Virus record (IMG/VR): IMGVR_UViG_3300043466_000797
Coordinates: 1 to 58,213 of that record
DNA length: 58,213 bases
Source of the DNA: a virus
Taxonomy: Duplodnaviria; Caudoviricetes
Reading direction: 5' to 3' (one strand)
The first letter of the stretch is position 1, and the number at the start of each line of letters is the position of its first letter. Shown here piece after piece: positions 31,427 to 40,489 of this stretch. The notes below the pieces were generated by a model. It saw only the letters and a list, made by a program, of their open reading frames with translations, had not been told where the DNA came from and ran no database searches. A program made the translations under genes and the position numbers.

Positions 31427-31754
31427 TAAGTTAGCAGAGCAGTTACATGTAACGGCTATAGAAAAAGGATTTTGGACTCCATTAGCATTTATGGAGCCAG
31501 GAGATGATTTTATTTTCTATTGCAAGCAATTAGCAATGGTACATTCAGAAGTGACAGAAGTCCTAGAGGCTTTGCGTAAGGATAAGGGTCAGGATGTTGT
31601 AGTTGAAGAACTTGCTGATATTATCATTCGCGTACTTGATTTATATGCTGGTCTATATGATAATGGAATCGTTACTGATTCATTAAACAAAACAGTTAGA
31701 AAAAAGGCAAGAGTAAATAAGGATAGGCCAAGACTTCACGGTGTTCGTGGATGA
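31416..31754 (+). CDS. MazG-like nucleotide pyrophosphohydrolase
   Basis: HSEVTEVLEALRK...EELADIIIR. Confidence 0.85.
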   Translation: MNLDKLAEQLHVTAIEKGFWTPLAFMEPGDDFIFYCKQLAMVHSEVTEVLEALRKDKGQDVVVEELADIIIRVLDLYAGLYDNGIVTDSLNKTVRKKARVNKDRPRLHGVRG

Positions 31755-31769
31755 TATAATAGTAATATA

Positions 31770-32039
31770 ATGGAAGGCTATGTCTTAAAGGGCATCGAAG
31801 ATGAATATTTATTAGTTATTAAATCTAGTGAATATGAGGAAATTCTTTACCTTATCGACAGAATTGCCGCTAGTAGACTTAAAAGATATAAAGAGTTTGC
31901 CATAGAATTAGAAAAGAGTTTAAATGATGATGGTCGCAGAAGAGATTCTGGCAAAACTAGACCCAAAAACACGACAAAGAATACAACTAGCAACAGAAGT
32001 AGACGTAAAAAAACAAGCAACTCCAAGCATTGGTCTTAA
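31770..32039 (+). CDS. hypothetical protein
   Basis: Follows TGATATAAT 31752-31760; 3' part overlaps recA. Confidence 0.5.
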   Translation: MEGYVLKGIEDEYLLVIKSSEYEEILYLIDRIAASRLKRYKEFAIELEKSLNDDGRRRDSGKTRPKNTTKNTTSNRSRRKKTSNSKHWS

Positions 32040-32922
32040 TTTATCACTTAAAGGTGGACTAGGCTATGGCAGACAGGTCATGGTCTGGGGAAACAAGAGT
32101 GCTGGAAAATCTTCATTCTGCCTACAAATGATTGGTATGGCACAGAAAGAAGGAAAGACTTGTGCCTGGATTGATTCAGAATCATCATATTCAGCATCAT
32201 GGGCAGAGGGTCTTGGGGTGGATTCATCTCAATTAATTTATTCTCCAGCCAAGACTATTAATGACATGGTAGATGTAGGAACAAGTCTAATGACTGCTGG
32301 TGTTGATATTATTGTAGTTGACTCTATCTCCGCACTACTTCCAGCCATTTACTTTGACAAAGATGGCGATGAATTAAAGCAACTACAGGATACAAAACAG
32401 ATCGGTGCGGAAGCAAAGGACATGACACATGCAGTCAAAATGCTTAATTACGCTAATCAGGATACTCTCCTGGTACTCATCAGCCAACAAAGAAATCAAT
32501 TTGGCAGTATGCACGCATCACATATCCCAACTGGAGGAATGGCCGTTAAGTTCTTCTCCAGCACGGTTATCAAACTCTGGTCATCAGAAGCAGAAGCAAA
32601 CCAAATAAAAGATGAAGTACAGGTTGGCGATAAATTAATTCAACAAAAAGTTGGTCGTCCAGTAAACTGGATTGTAGATTATAACAAACTTGGGCCTCCA
32701 AATCTTTCTGGACAATATGACTTTTATTACCAAGGATCTCATGTTGGAATAGATAGAGTAGCAGAGGTACTAGACGTAGCAGAAATGATGGGTAAGGTAG
32801 AGCGCGGTGGTGCCTGGTATACAGTACTTGGTGAAAGGCTCCAGGGAAGGGCTAAGGCAGTTCAATATTTAAGAGATAATCCACAAGCAGTAGATACATT
32901 AGAGGCTATGATTTATGGCTGA
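31924..32922 (+). CDS. recA: RecA/UvsX-like recombinase
   Basis: GNKSAGKS Walker A, IVVDSISAL, PTGGMAVKF, GAWY. Confidence 0.92.
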   Translation: MMMVAEEILAKLDPKTRQRIQLATEVDVKKQATPSIGLNLSLKGGLGYGRQVMVWGNKSAGKSSFCLQMIGMAQKEGKTCAWIDSESSYSASWAEGLGVDSSQLIYSPAKTINDMVDVGTSLMTAGVDIIVVDSISALLPAIYFDKDGDELKQLQDTKQIGAEAKDMTHAVKMLNYANQDTLLVLISQQRNQFGSMHASHIPTGGMAVKFFSSTVIKLWSSEAEANQIKDEVQVGDKLIQQKVGRPVNWIVDYNKLGPPNLSGQYDFYYQGSHVGIDRVAEVLDVAEMMGKVERGGAWYTVLGERLQGRAKAVQYLRDNPQAVDTLEAMIYG

Positions 32923-33097
32923 GTCGCTAGAGGAATTCTTGGGATTAAATAAATCAACTAATAATATCGTAAAGGTAAATGGATCACTCTCCTGCCGCGA
33001 CTGTGATGAAATAGTTGCAGAAGGAGAAATTAATGAAGATACTAGAATTCTTTCATTTATTTGTAGCGTAGGACATAAATCAGAGGTAAGTATTTAG
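32915..33097 (+). CDS. small Zn-binding protein
   Basis: CRDC...CSVGH. Confidence 0.55.
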   Translation: MAESLEEFLGLNKSTNNIVKVNGSLSCRDCDEIVAEGEINEDTRILSFICSVGHKSEVSI

Positions 33098-33408
33098 TGT
33101 CTGAGGCAAATGAGATTAAAAGGGATGGTGCCAAGGGTCAAAAGAATTCAGGCCGTGGGCAGTACCAAAAGGGAGATGCCAAGTGGCATAACTTTGTAGT
33201 TGATTATAAAGAAACTGCTAAGTCAGTAGCAGTAAATAAGGAAATGTGGGCAAAGATTTGCACAGATACATTTCGCGTAGATAGAAGTATGCATCCACTT
33301 TTAAAATTAATTATTGGTGAGGGTGCATCAAAAGTCAGGCTGGCAGTAGTAGAGTGGGATATTCTAGAAGAATTGGTAGAGGCTTATGAACGTGATAGAA
33401 GCAGTTAG
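33097..33408 (+). CDS. PD-(D/E)XK nuclease, Holliday junction resolvase-like
   Basis: NSGRG...KGD...VDYK. Confidence 0.7.
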   Translation: MSEANEIKRDGAKGQKNSGRGQYQKGDAKWHNFVVDYKETAKSVAVNKEMWAKICTDTFRVDRSMHPLLKLIIGEGASKVRLAVVEWDILEELVEAYERDRSS

Positions 33409-33703
33409 TGAGATTACAGAGTTTAATGAACTCTCAGAGTTTATGCAAGACCCAGACCTTGATGCGGCAATGGAATTAATTATTAAGTTGATAGCCAAGC
33501 CAGATGTTCCAGCAGCCAAGGCACCAGAGATTATTACTAGGCTGCAGGCCATTGCTGCCAAGTTATCAATTATGTCTAGGTACTATACAACTTTTGAGAA
33601 AGGGCCAGAAGCCTCTAAGAAAAAAAATGTTTACTATACAACAGCAGAAGCAATTAATAAGTTAGTAGATGCACTCAAATACAATGCGAGGTTTGGTCTG
33701 TGA
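33386..33703 (+). CDS. hypothetical helical protein
   Basis: ORF in recombination operon. Confidence 0.6.
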   Translation: MNVIEAVSEITEFNELSEFMQDPDLDAAMELIIKLIAKPDVPAAKAPEIITRLQAIAAKLSIMSRYYTTFEKGPEASKKKNVYYTTAEAINKLVDALKYNARFGL

Positions 33704-34485
33704 GTAAAAATGTAGTTAAGAGTTTAAAGTTTAAAAAGGTAGACGGTTTCGATTATGCAGAGTTTTCTGCAATGATTGATAAGGCTTACAACGATAGAAA
33801 ACGTGGTAAGCGGGACATGCAGAAGAAAACATTTAGCCCTAGTACCGTAGGATATGGTCATGGAAACTGCCCAAGATACTGGTTTATTGCCTTTAATGGT
33901 GAGGAATTTGATGAGAAATTCGATGCAACCGCTATTGCTAACATGCTTAACGGAACATACGCTCACGAAAGACTGCAAAAGATCATAGAAGAAACAGGCG
34001 TTCTAAAAGAAACAGAGCGAGAGATTATCTCAGAAGATCCTCCAATTAGAGGCTTTGCAGACGTTGTGCTGGATTGGAATGATACAGAGATCGTTGGTGA
34101 AATTAAGACTACGAAAGAAGAGCAATTCATCCATCGTCAGTCATCTATGAAGCCATCGTCCAACCACCTTTTGCAGATACTCACCTATATGAAGGTGGAA
34201 GGTGCGACAGAAGGATTTTTGTTGTATGAGAATAAAAATACTCAAGAAATCTGTATCATCCCTGTCAGCATGAATGAGCGAAATGAGAAGATCATCAACG
34301 ACACATTCGACTGGATGCGCGAGGTTTACGCTATGTATGTTGATAACATCATACCAGCGAGAGGTTTCGCAAAAACGTCATATGCGTGTGCTAATTGCCC
34401 AGTTAAGAAACATTGCTGGGCTGCGAGAAATAATAAATATGGCGAGGGTGTGGAAAAAGTTAGGACATTGGTGCCACCCAAATGA
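33700..34485 (+). CDS. Cas4-family/RecB-like exonuclease
   Basis: N-terminal CPR, GT..H, G.AD, EIKT, Q..Y, C-terminal C..CP....C. Confidence 0.85.
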   Translation: MSKNVVKSLKFKKVDGFDYAEFSAMIDKAYNDRKRGKRDMQKKTFSPSTVGYGHGNCPRYWFIAFNGEEFDEKFDATAIANMLNGTYAHERLQKIIEETGVLKETEREIISEDPPIRGFADVVLDWNDTEIVGEIKTTKEEQFIHRQSSMKPSSNHLLQILTYMKVEGATEGFLLYENKNTQEICIIPVSMNERNEKIINDTFDWMREVYAMYVDNIIPARGFAKTSYACANCPVKKHCWAARNNKYGEGVEKVRTLVPPK

Positions 34486-34766
34486 TATGTGCGAATGATG
34501 GGTGTGAGAATACATTTAACAAATCTACCCATAATCAAAAATATTGCTCTGATGAATGTTGTAGAGAAGCAACAAATAGAAAGATCAGAGATAAATACTA
34601 TGAGCAAAAAGAGCGTCTGGCTGGAAAGAAAAGAAAATGCTCTACTAAGTCATGTAAAAACATATTAAGCAGATATAATGAAGATAACATTTGCAATGAA
34701 TGCTTATCAAAATCAGAAAATGAAAAAAGAGCAGAACTGTTCAGGATAATAAATGTCTCTCGCTAA
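34482..34766 (+). CDS. Cys-rich zinc-finger protein
   Basis: C....C...YCS..C and second Cys cluster. Confidence 0.6.
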   Translation: MICANDGCENTFNKSTHNQKYCSDECCREATNRKIRDKYYEQKERLAGKKRKCSTKSCKNILSRYNEDNICNECLSKSENEKRAELFRIINVSR

Positions 34767-35316
34767 ATTAGCCAAGTCGTCCGAAACCTCAGTATTAGGA
34801 ATAGATGCCTCTACGCGCAGCGTTGCGTTCTGTCTTTTTCAGAACAATAAGCCAGTAAAATGGGGCGAGGTATTCTTTGATGGTGGCGATGTGTACGAAA
34901 GGATTCTAGACGCAAAGAAAAAGGTGCGTGGGATTATGAATCAAATCCCGTCCGACTTTGTGGCTATTGAAGCAGCCGTCATGGTTCGTAGTGCTAATAC
35001 AGGATTAAAGATGGCATATATATTTGGTGCTATAATGGCAGAGTTGATATTTGATGGTCGTAAGGTCGTAGAGGTTCATCCTATAACTTGGCAATCATAT
35101 ATTGGAAATAAGAACTTCACTAAGGCTCAGAAAGAACAGGTTAAGAAAGACTTTCCAGGAAAATCTGAGAATTGGTATAAAGCAAAGATTAGAGAGATGC
35201 GTAAGCAAAAAACAATTGACTTCTGTCAGAGTCTAGGGGTTACAGTAGAAAGTGACAATGTTGCTGATGCCTGCGGCATTGGGTGGTACGCAATGAATAA
35301 TATGGTGCGCTCATGA
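34753..35316 (+). CDS. RuvC-like resolvase
   Basis: VLGIDAS, AIE, DN.ADA. Confidence 0.8.
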   Translation: MSLAKLAKSSETSVLGIDASTRSVAFCLFQNNKPVKWGEVFFDGGDVYERILDAKKKVRGIMNQIPSDFVAIEAAVMVRSANTGLKMAYIFGAIMAELIFDGRKVVEVHPITWQSYIGNKNFTKAQKEQVKKDFPGKSENWYKAKIREMRKQKTIDFCQSLGVTVESDNVADACGIGWYAMNNMVRS

Positions 35317-35474
35317 AGTTATATGAAGACGTAAATTGGCTACGCAAGAGATATATCATAGAAAAAAAGACGACTCAGCAAATGGCTAAAGAGGCTGGAT
35401 GCTCTCACATGACAATCCAAAGAGCATTAGAAAAATATGGACTGATTAAAAATCAGAGAAGGTGGACTAAATGA
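35313..35474 (+). CDS. 53-aa HTH protein (not in ORF track)
   Basis: WLRKRY..EKKT.QQMAKEAGCS..TI.RAL.KYG; ATGA overlaps at both ends. Confidence 0.75.
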   Translation: MKLYEDVNWLRKRYIIEKKTTQQMAKEAGCSHMTIQRALEKYGLIKNQRRWTK

Positions 35475-36883
35475 ATACAATGTCCTATGTTGTTTGTTGG
35501 GACTCAGTTTACGAAAACTGTCTTAATATTGAAATGAATTTAAAGTCTAATAATTTAGATTATAAAATAATTAATTCATCAAGTTCCCCATCATTAAATA
35601 ATCAATGGATGGACATTGGCAATATTTGGTACTACCGACAGTTTCATGCCGCCCTAAAAGATTTTTCAAATACCGACCATGAACTATTTTGTTTTATTGC
35701 GGGAGATCTAGTAGGAGATTTCGCACAAGTAATTATAACTGCCCAGGAAGAATTAAAAAATGAAAAAATTGGAGTATACGCACCATATTTCACTCATGAG
35801 GCTTGGGGAGAAGGATGCTCTTCTATATCAGAATTAGATAATAATTTAATTATATCAACGCAAACAGATGGCATATTCACAATTCTTAATAAAGAATTGG
35901 CTAGCGAGATGCTTAGTTTTTTTGATTATCTATCTCAAACAGTTGATCTATCACAGATGAAATCTGGCTGGGGTGTAGATTATGTGTATAACATAATGGC
36001 TATCTATAAAGATTTCTATATTTGTAGAGATAGAAGATTTGTTATTACCCATCCAGTAGGAAGTAGTTATGATCATGGTCCAGCCACTTCTGAAATGAAT
36101 GCAGTTCTAGAAACATTTAGCAGTTTTTGTGAAAATAATTTTATCTCCCGCGCAGAGATAAATAGATTATTCAGATTAATAAATCATCGTCGTGATGGTG
36201 GTAGTGTAACTATTTCTGAATTATACCCATCTTCAAATGCTTTCCCCTATCACCTGATTAGTATTAATGATGATAGGATTAAGAACAAGCAAAATATTCA
36301 TCAAATAATGGGTGATAGAGATTATCTAGGTTTAGCCTGTTTAAATGGTAACGATCAGTCAGCCCGTGAGAAGTTCTTTGCGGATAACCCAGAATTTAAG
36401 ATAACATGGGATGGATTCAAGGTAGGCGAGATAGGCAACTTTGCTAGCCATTTCATTGCCTGGAAGTATCTTGTTAATTCGTCAATGGACCGCGTATTAA
36501 TTTTTGAGGATGATTCAGTAGTTGAAGAAGACTTTATTGAAAGAGTTTCTAAGATGATGGAAGAACTTCCTAGAGACTGGGATATTTTTAGTATTTTCGT
36601 GCATCCAAATCAACATGATAGATATAATGATAAAGACTCTGGAGATGTTGTTAAGGCTTACCAGGATTGGTCAACACTATGCTATGTTATATCTAAGTCT
36701 GGGGCTAGAAAACTATATAAGTATGTTTGCGATAATGGAATGGACTATCCAACAGATTGGTTTATATTCCGACATGCAGAGGAGCATAATTTTAATGTAT
36801 TTACTCTTCACCCAAAATGTGCGCTTCCAGTAGTAATTGATGAAAGTCAGCCATCTCTAGTTCAGAATACTGAGAAAATATGA
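35471..36883 (+). CDS. two-domain glycosyltransferase (C-terminal GT25-like)
   Basis: GEIGNFASH..AW, LIFEDD, YVIS..GA.KL, P.D; N-terminal domain with SGWGVD may be a second GT-A fold. Confidence 0.75.
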   Translation: MNTMSYVVCWDSVYENCLNIEMNLKSNNLDYKIINSSSSPSLNNQWMDIGNIWYYRQFHAALKDFSNTDHELFCFIAGDLVGDFAQVIITAQEELKNEKIGVYAPYFTHEAWGEGCSSISELDNNLIISTQTDGIFTILNKELASEMLSFFDYLSQTVDLSQMKSGWGVDYVYNIMAIYKDFYICRDRRFVITHPVGSSYDHGPATSEMNAVLETFSSFCENNFISRAEINRLFRLINHRRDGGSVTISELYPSSNAFPYHLISINDDRIKNKQNIHQIMGDRDYLGLACLNGNDQSAREKFFADNPEFKITWDGFKVGEIGNFASHFIAWKYLVNSSMDRVLIFEDDSVVEEDFIERVSKMMEELPRDWDIFSIFVHPNQHDRYNDKDSGDVVKAYQDWSTLCYVISKSGARKLYKYVCDNGMDYPTDWFIFRHAEEHNFNVFTLHPKCALPVVIDESQPSLVQNTEKI

Positions 36884-37530
36884 TACTAGGAGTTCTTCCC
36901 GCCTCAGGTAAAGCATCAAGACTTAGTGGTATCCCAAAGTTTTGTTTACCTATAAATGATAATCAGACCCTTCTTGAGTGGCATGTAAATAAAATGAAAG
37001 AAGTTTGTGATGATGTTAGAATTTCTACAAGAGAAATGTGGTTACCAATAGTTGAAAGATTGAACCTTGATGTAGAAATAGTTATTGTTGAGCCGTCAAG
37101 TATGGCTGATGCAATATTAAAAACATCTAATAATAAATCTGATAATATTATAGTTGGAATGCCAGATACTTTTATTTTAAAAAGTAAAGATAATTTCTAT
37201 GGAAGAATGATAGAAAAGGACTCCCCAGTAGTCTTAGCCTCATGGGAATGTGATAAATTCTTAAAGGGAAGGGTCGGACAGATAGAATTATCAGGCGATA
37301 GGGTATTAAGTATTGTTGATAAGGATGAGAACTGTCCCTTTGAAAGAATGTGGGGAGCGATATATTTAAATGGTACGGTAGGGCTACTGGACCCTAAACA
37401 AGATGTTATAGGCGATCAGTTCAATTCTTGGATAAGAGATGGGGTAGTGACTACTCATGTTCCATGCTCTGGTAATTATGTTGACGCTGGTAATTTTATT
37501 GGATTGAAGAGGATGTATTCTGAATTATGA
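36880..37530 (+). CDS. sugar-phosphate nucleotidyltransferase family protein
   Basis: GVLPASGKASRL..PK..LP; Y.DAG. Confidence 0.8.
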   Translation: MILGVLPASGKASRLSGIPKFCLPINDNQTLLEWHVNKMKEVCDDVRISTREMWLPIVERLNLDVEIVIVEPSSMADAILKTSNNKSDNIIVGMPDTFILKSKDNFYGRMIEKDSPVVLASWECDKFLKGRVGQIELSGDRVLSIVDKDENCPFERMWGAIYLNGTVGLLDPKQDVIGDQFNSWIRDGVVTTHVPCSGNYVDAGNFIGLKRMYSEL

Positions 37531-38174
37531 AATCTTTAAATGAATATTTAAAATCTGGCAGACTGTCGTATTCACAAAATAATCAAGACTTGCTAGTAAC
37601 TTATTATTATGGAGATAAGCCTGGGTTTTTTGTGGAATTTGGCGCGATGGATGGGATAGAGTTAAGTAATACTCTACTTCTAGAAAAATATTATGGATGG
37701 AATGGTATAGTAGCAGAACCAATACCTATGTTCTCTGATAAAATATCTAAAAATAGATCTTGCAGTATAGAATATAATTGTGTATCAAATAGAAGCGGGG
37801 ATATTGTAGAGTTTTATGAAACATCTTTCCCAGCACTTTCAACAATTGCAGATTATGCATATAGTGATCATTGGGGTCAGACAAGAGAAGATCATGTAGT
37901 TCATAAAATTGAAACTATATCTTTAAAGGATATGCTTAGTAAGCACAATGCACCAAGTATTGTTGACTATTTATCAATTGATACTGAAGGCTCCGAATTT
38001 GATATTTTATCCGCTTTTGATTTTTCTACAAGGTTTAACATAATAACGTGCGAGCATAATCACTCAAGTATGAGGGAGCCAATATATCAATTATTAACTT
38101 CACATGGGTATAAAAGAATATATGAAGACATATCTGCATGGGAAGATTGGTATATTCATGAAGATTTTAGATAA
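37527..38174 (+). CDS. FkbM-family methyltransferase
   Basis: YSQ..QD, FVEFGA.DG...SNT, LSIDTEGSE. Confidence 0.88.
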   Translation: MKSLNEYLKSGRLSYSQNNQDLLVTYYYGDKPGFFVEFGAMDGIELSNTLLLEKYYGWNGIVAEPIPMFSDKISKNRSCSIEYNCVSNRSGDIVEFYETSFPALSTIADYAYSDHWGQTREDHVVHKIETISLKDMLSKHNAPSIVDYLSIDTEGSEFDILSAFDFSTRFNIITCEHNHSSMREPIYQLLTSHGYKRIYEDISAWEDWYIHEDFR

Positions 38175-38204
38175 TAAATTAAAGAATAGTATAAGGACTA
38201 ATCA

Positions 38205-39245
38205 ATGAAGATGTATAAAGATTCATCAATGTGCTTTGATGATATTTTATTAGTACCACAGCACTCTACGGTTTTAAGCCGCCGCGAAGTAGATATTTCT
38301 ACAATTATTGGAACTAATGGTAGAAGCATAAGAATGACTGTTCCAGTTATTGCTGCACCTATGGATACGGTATGTGATGGAAATATGGCATATTCCATAA
38401 GAAAGTTAGGCGGCTTTGGAATTATACATAGGTATATGTCAATAGAATTTATGAGGAGAGAACTTGACTTTATAAGTTCTACAGATGCTGTTTCTTTAGG
38501 AGTGGCAGTTGGCGCTAAGGGAGATTACTTAGAGAGGGCTTTTGTTGCCGTTTCTCACGGTGCCCATTTAATTTTAGTAGATACCGCTAATGGTCATAGT
38601 GAATATGCAATTAAGGCAGTTAAAGAGATTCGTCGTAATGTCGGAAATAAGGTCCACGTTATGGCTGGAAATGTTTCAACTTATGAAGGATTTATGAGAC
38701 TTCAGGACGCTGGGGCAGATTCTATTAGAGTTGGAATCGGTGGAGGATCTGTATGTACTACTAGAATTGTTAGTGGTCATGGTATGCCAACACTAGCATC
38801 TATTTTAGATGTAAGATCTAAGATACCGTATGGTGATGGCGCATCCTTAGTTGCTGATGGAGGTATCAGAAATAGTGGCGATGCTGTTAAGGCTTTAGCC
38901 GCAGGAGCAGATGCGGTGATGCTTGGAAGTTACCTTGCTGGTACTGATGAGTCTCCTGGAGAAGTGCATGTAAGTGGTGGTAAAAAATATAAAATCTTTA
39001 GAGGCATGGCTAGCGCAGAAGCACAGTTGAGTGCAATTGGTAATGTTTCAGTTGCAGAAGGAGTAGAGACAACAGTATCCTACAAAGGCACGCTAGAGTA
39101 CGTCATTGAAGAATTTAAGGGTGGTCTAGGTAGTGGACTTTCATATACTGGCGCTCATAATCTAAAAGAATTATATGAAGATTCTATGTTTATCAAAGTA
39201 AGTCAGGCAAGTCTTAGTGAAAGTAGGCCACATGCCCAACATTAA
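38205..39245 (+). CDS. IMP dehydrogenase/GMP reductase family protein (no CBS domains)
   Basis: FDDILLVP, APMDTV, VGIGGGSVCTTR, ADGGI, AEGV. Confidence 0.9.
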   Translation: MKMYKDSSMCFDDILLVPQHSTVLSRREVDISTIIGTNGRSIRMTVPVIAAPMDTVCDGNMAYSIRKLGGFGIIHRYMSIEFMRRELDFISSTDAVSLGVAVGAKGDYLERAFVAVSHGAHLILVDTANGHSEYAIKAVKEIRRNVGNKVHVMAGNVSTYEGFMRLQDAGADSIRVGIGGGSVCTTRIVSGHGMPTLASILDVRSKIPYGDGASLVADGGIRNSGDAVKALAAGADAVMLGSYLAGTDESPGEVHVSGGKKYKIFRGMASAEAQLSAIGNVSVAEGVETTVSYKGTLEYVIEEFKGGLGSGLSYTGAHNLKELYEDSMFIKVSQASLSESRPHAQH

Positions 39246-39504
39246 TACTGAAAAAGAAATCTCTAGAGTGTGTAAAGAAATAGAAGAATTACTTATTAAA
39301 AAGAATCGTGCCTACGGAAACTCCGCACTTGATCCAGTAAGAATATTTTCACAGGCAAACGCTACAGAGCAAATTAAAGTTCGGATAGATGATAAACTTA
39401 GCAGATTTGCCAACGGTGGGGAATTCCCTGGAGATAATGATATTGACGACTTAATAGGTTATCTGGTATTATTAAAGGTAGCGAATAGCGACAACTGGAG
39501 ATAG
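39232..39504 (+). CDS. nucleotide-modification-associated domain protein (DUF1599/Nmad1-like)
   Basis: KKN.AYGNS...RIDDKL.R...DDLIGY. Confidence 0.65.
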   Translation: MPNINTEKEISRVCKEIEELLIKKNRAYGNSALDPVRIFSQANATEQIKVRIDDKLSRFANGGEFPGDNDIDDLIGYLVLLKVANSDNWR

Positions 39505-39505
39505 G

Positions 39506-39679
39506 ATGCCTCTTTATACTTATTATTGCAAAGTATGCGATTTAGACTTAGAAGTAATGTCTAAAATTTCAGATAGAGATGATCAGCGTTGTGAAGACTG
39601 TGGATATTCAATTATCAGGAATATAGATAGGCCAGGTATGGTCTGGAGTCCCACTCGTAATAATGGATACTCTCTTTAG
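39506..39679 (+). CDS. FmdB-like zinc-ribbon protein (not in ORF track)
   Basis: MPLYTYYCKVC...CEDCG. Confidence 0.8.
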   Translation: MPLYTYYCKVCDLDLEVMSKISDRDDQRCEDCGYSIIRNIDRPGMVWSPTRNNGYSL

Positions 39680-39687
39680 GAGATAAC

Positions 39688-39987
39688 ATGCCTCGTAAGA
39701 AAAAAGAATATGACTACGTTCCATATAGCATTAATCCAAATATTCATGTGTATTATGAATTAGAATTTTTAAAAGATGTTATAAAACCAGGAGATAAAAT
39801 TACCTTTAAGAATGTTCGTGGAGAATTTGTCTTTATCTTAATGGCACATAATTCAGAAAAAGATGTTACTTGGATCGATTGTAGGAATCCTGCGACCGGA
39901 GAGTATCGTGCATTTTATGTAGATAGACTTAAAGGTTTAGTAAGGGCTAAAAAGAGTAGAAGGAAGAAGCAACTTGTCAGAGATTGA
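39688..39987 (+). CDS. hypothetical protein
   Basis: AGGAG RBS; basic termini. Confidence 0.65.
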   Translation: MPRKKKEYDYVPYSINPNIHVYYELEFLKDVIKPGDKITFKNVRGEFVFILMAHNSEKDVTWIDCRNPATGEYRAFYVDRLKGLVRAKKSRRKKQLVRD

Positions 39988-40489
39988 ACTAACTAGTTCA
40001 TTTGATCAGATGAATTTAGTTGTAGAAGAATTACTTAAAGGTAAGAATCCTACAGACATTTCTAAATTCTTAGGTATAAAAAGGTCTGAAGTATTAGAGC
40101 ATATAGATACCTGGCGAGAATTGGTGTCTGGAGACTCTAGAATTAGAGAGCGTGCAAAAGAAGCCCTGGCTGGCGCAGATCAGCATTACTCTATGATTAT
40201 ACAACGTGCCTGGGAGACAGTAGATCAGGCAGATGCTAATCAGCAATATAATACTAAGGCTTCTGCTTTAAAAATGATTGCTGATGTAGAGCAAAAGAGA
40301 ATTGATATGCTCCAAAAGGCGGGTCTACTAGAGAATAATGAAATGTCTGCACAACTCCTTGAGACAGAAAGAAAGCAAGAAGTTTTAGTTAGCATATTGA
40401 AAGAGGTTACATCTAACTGCAATGTTTGTAGAGTAGAAGTAGCAAAAAGACTTAGTGAAGTTACTGGTAAGGTAGAAGAAGTTGGTTGA
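39974..40489 (+). CDS. HTH protein, probable terminase small subunit
   Basis: N-terminal HTH; directly upstream of and overlapping large terminase. Confidence 0.55.
   Translation: MSEIELTSSFDQMNLVVEELLKGKNPTDISKFLGIKRSEVLEHIDTWRELVSGDSRIRERAKEALAGADQHYSMIIQRAWETVDQADANQQYNTKASALKMIADVEQKRIDMLQKAGLLENNEMSAQLLETERKQEVLVSILKEVTSNCNVCRVEVAKRLSEVTGKVEEVG

Noticed and set aside
33700-34485. Cas4-like gene as part of a CRISPR-Cas system
   Set aside because: No cas1/cas2 or array; it sits in a RecA/resolvase operon, typical of solo phage Cas4-like nucleases.
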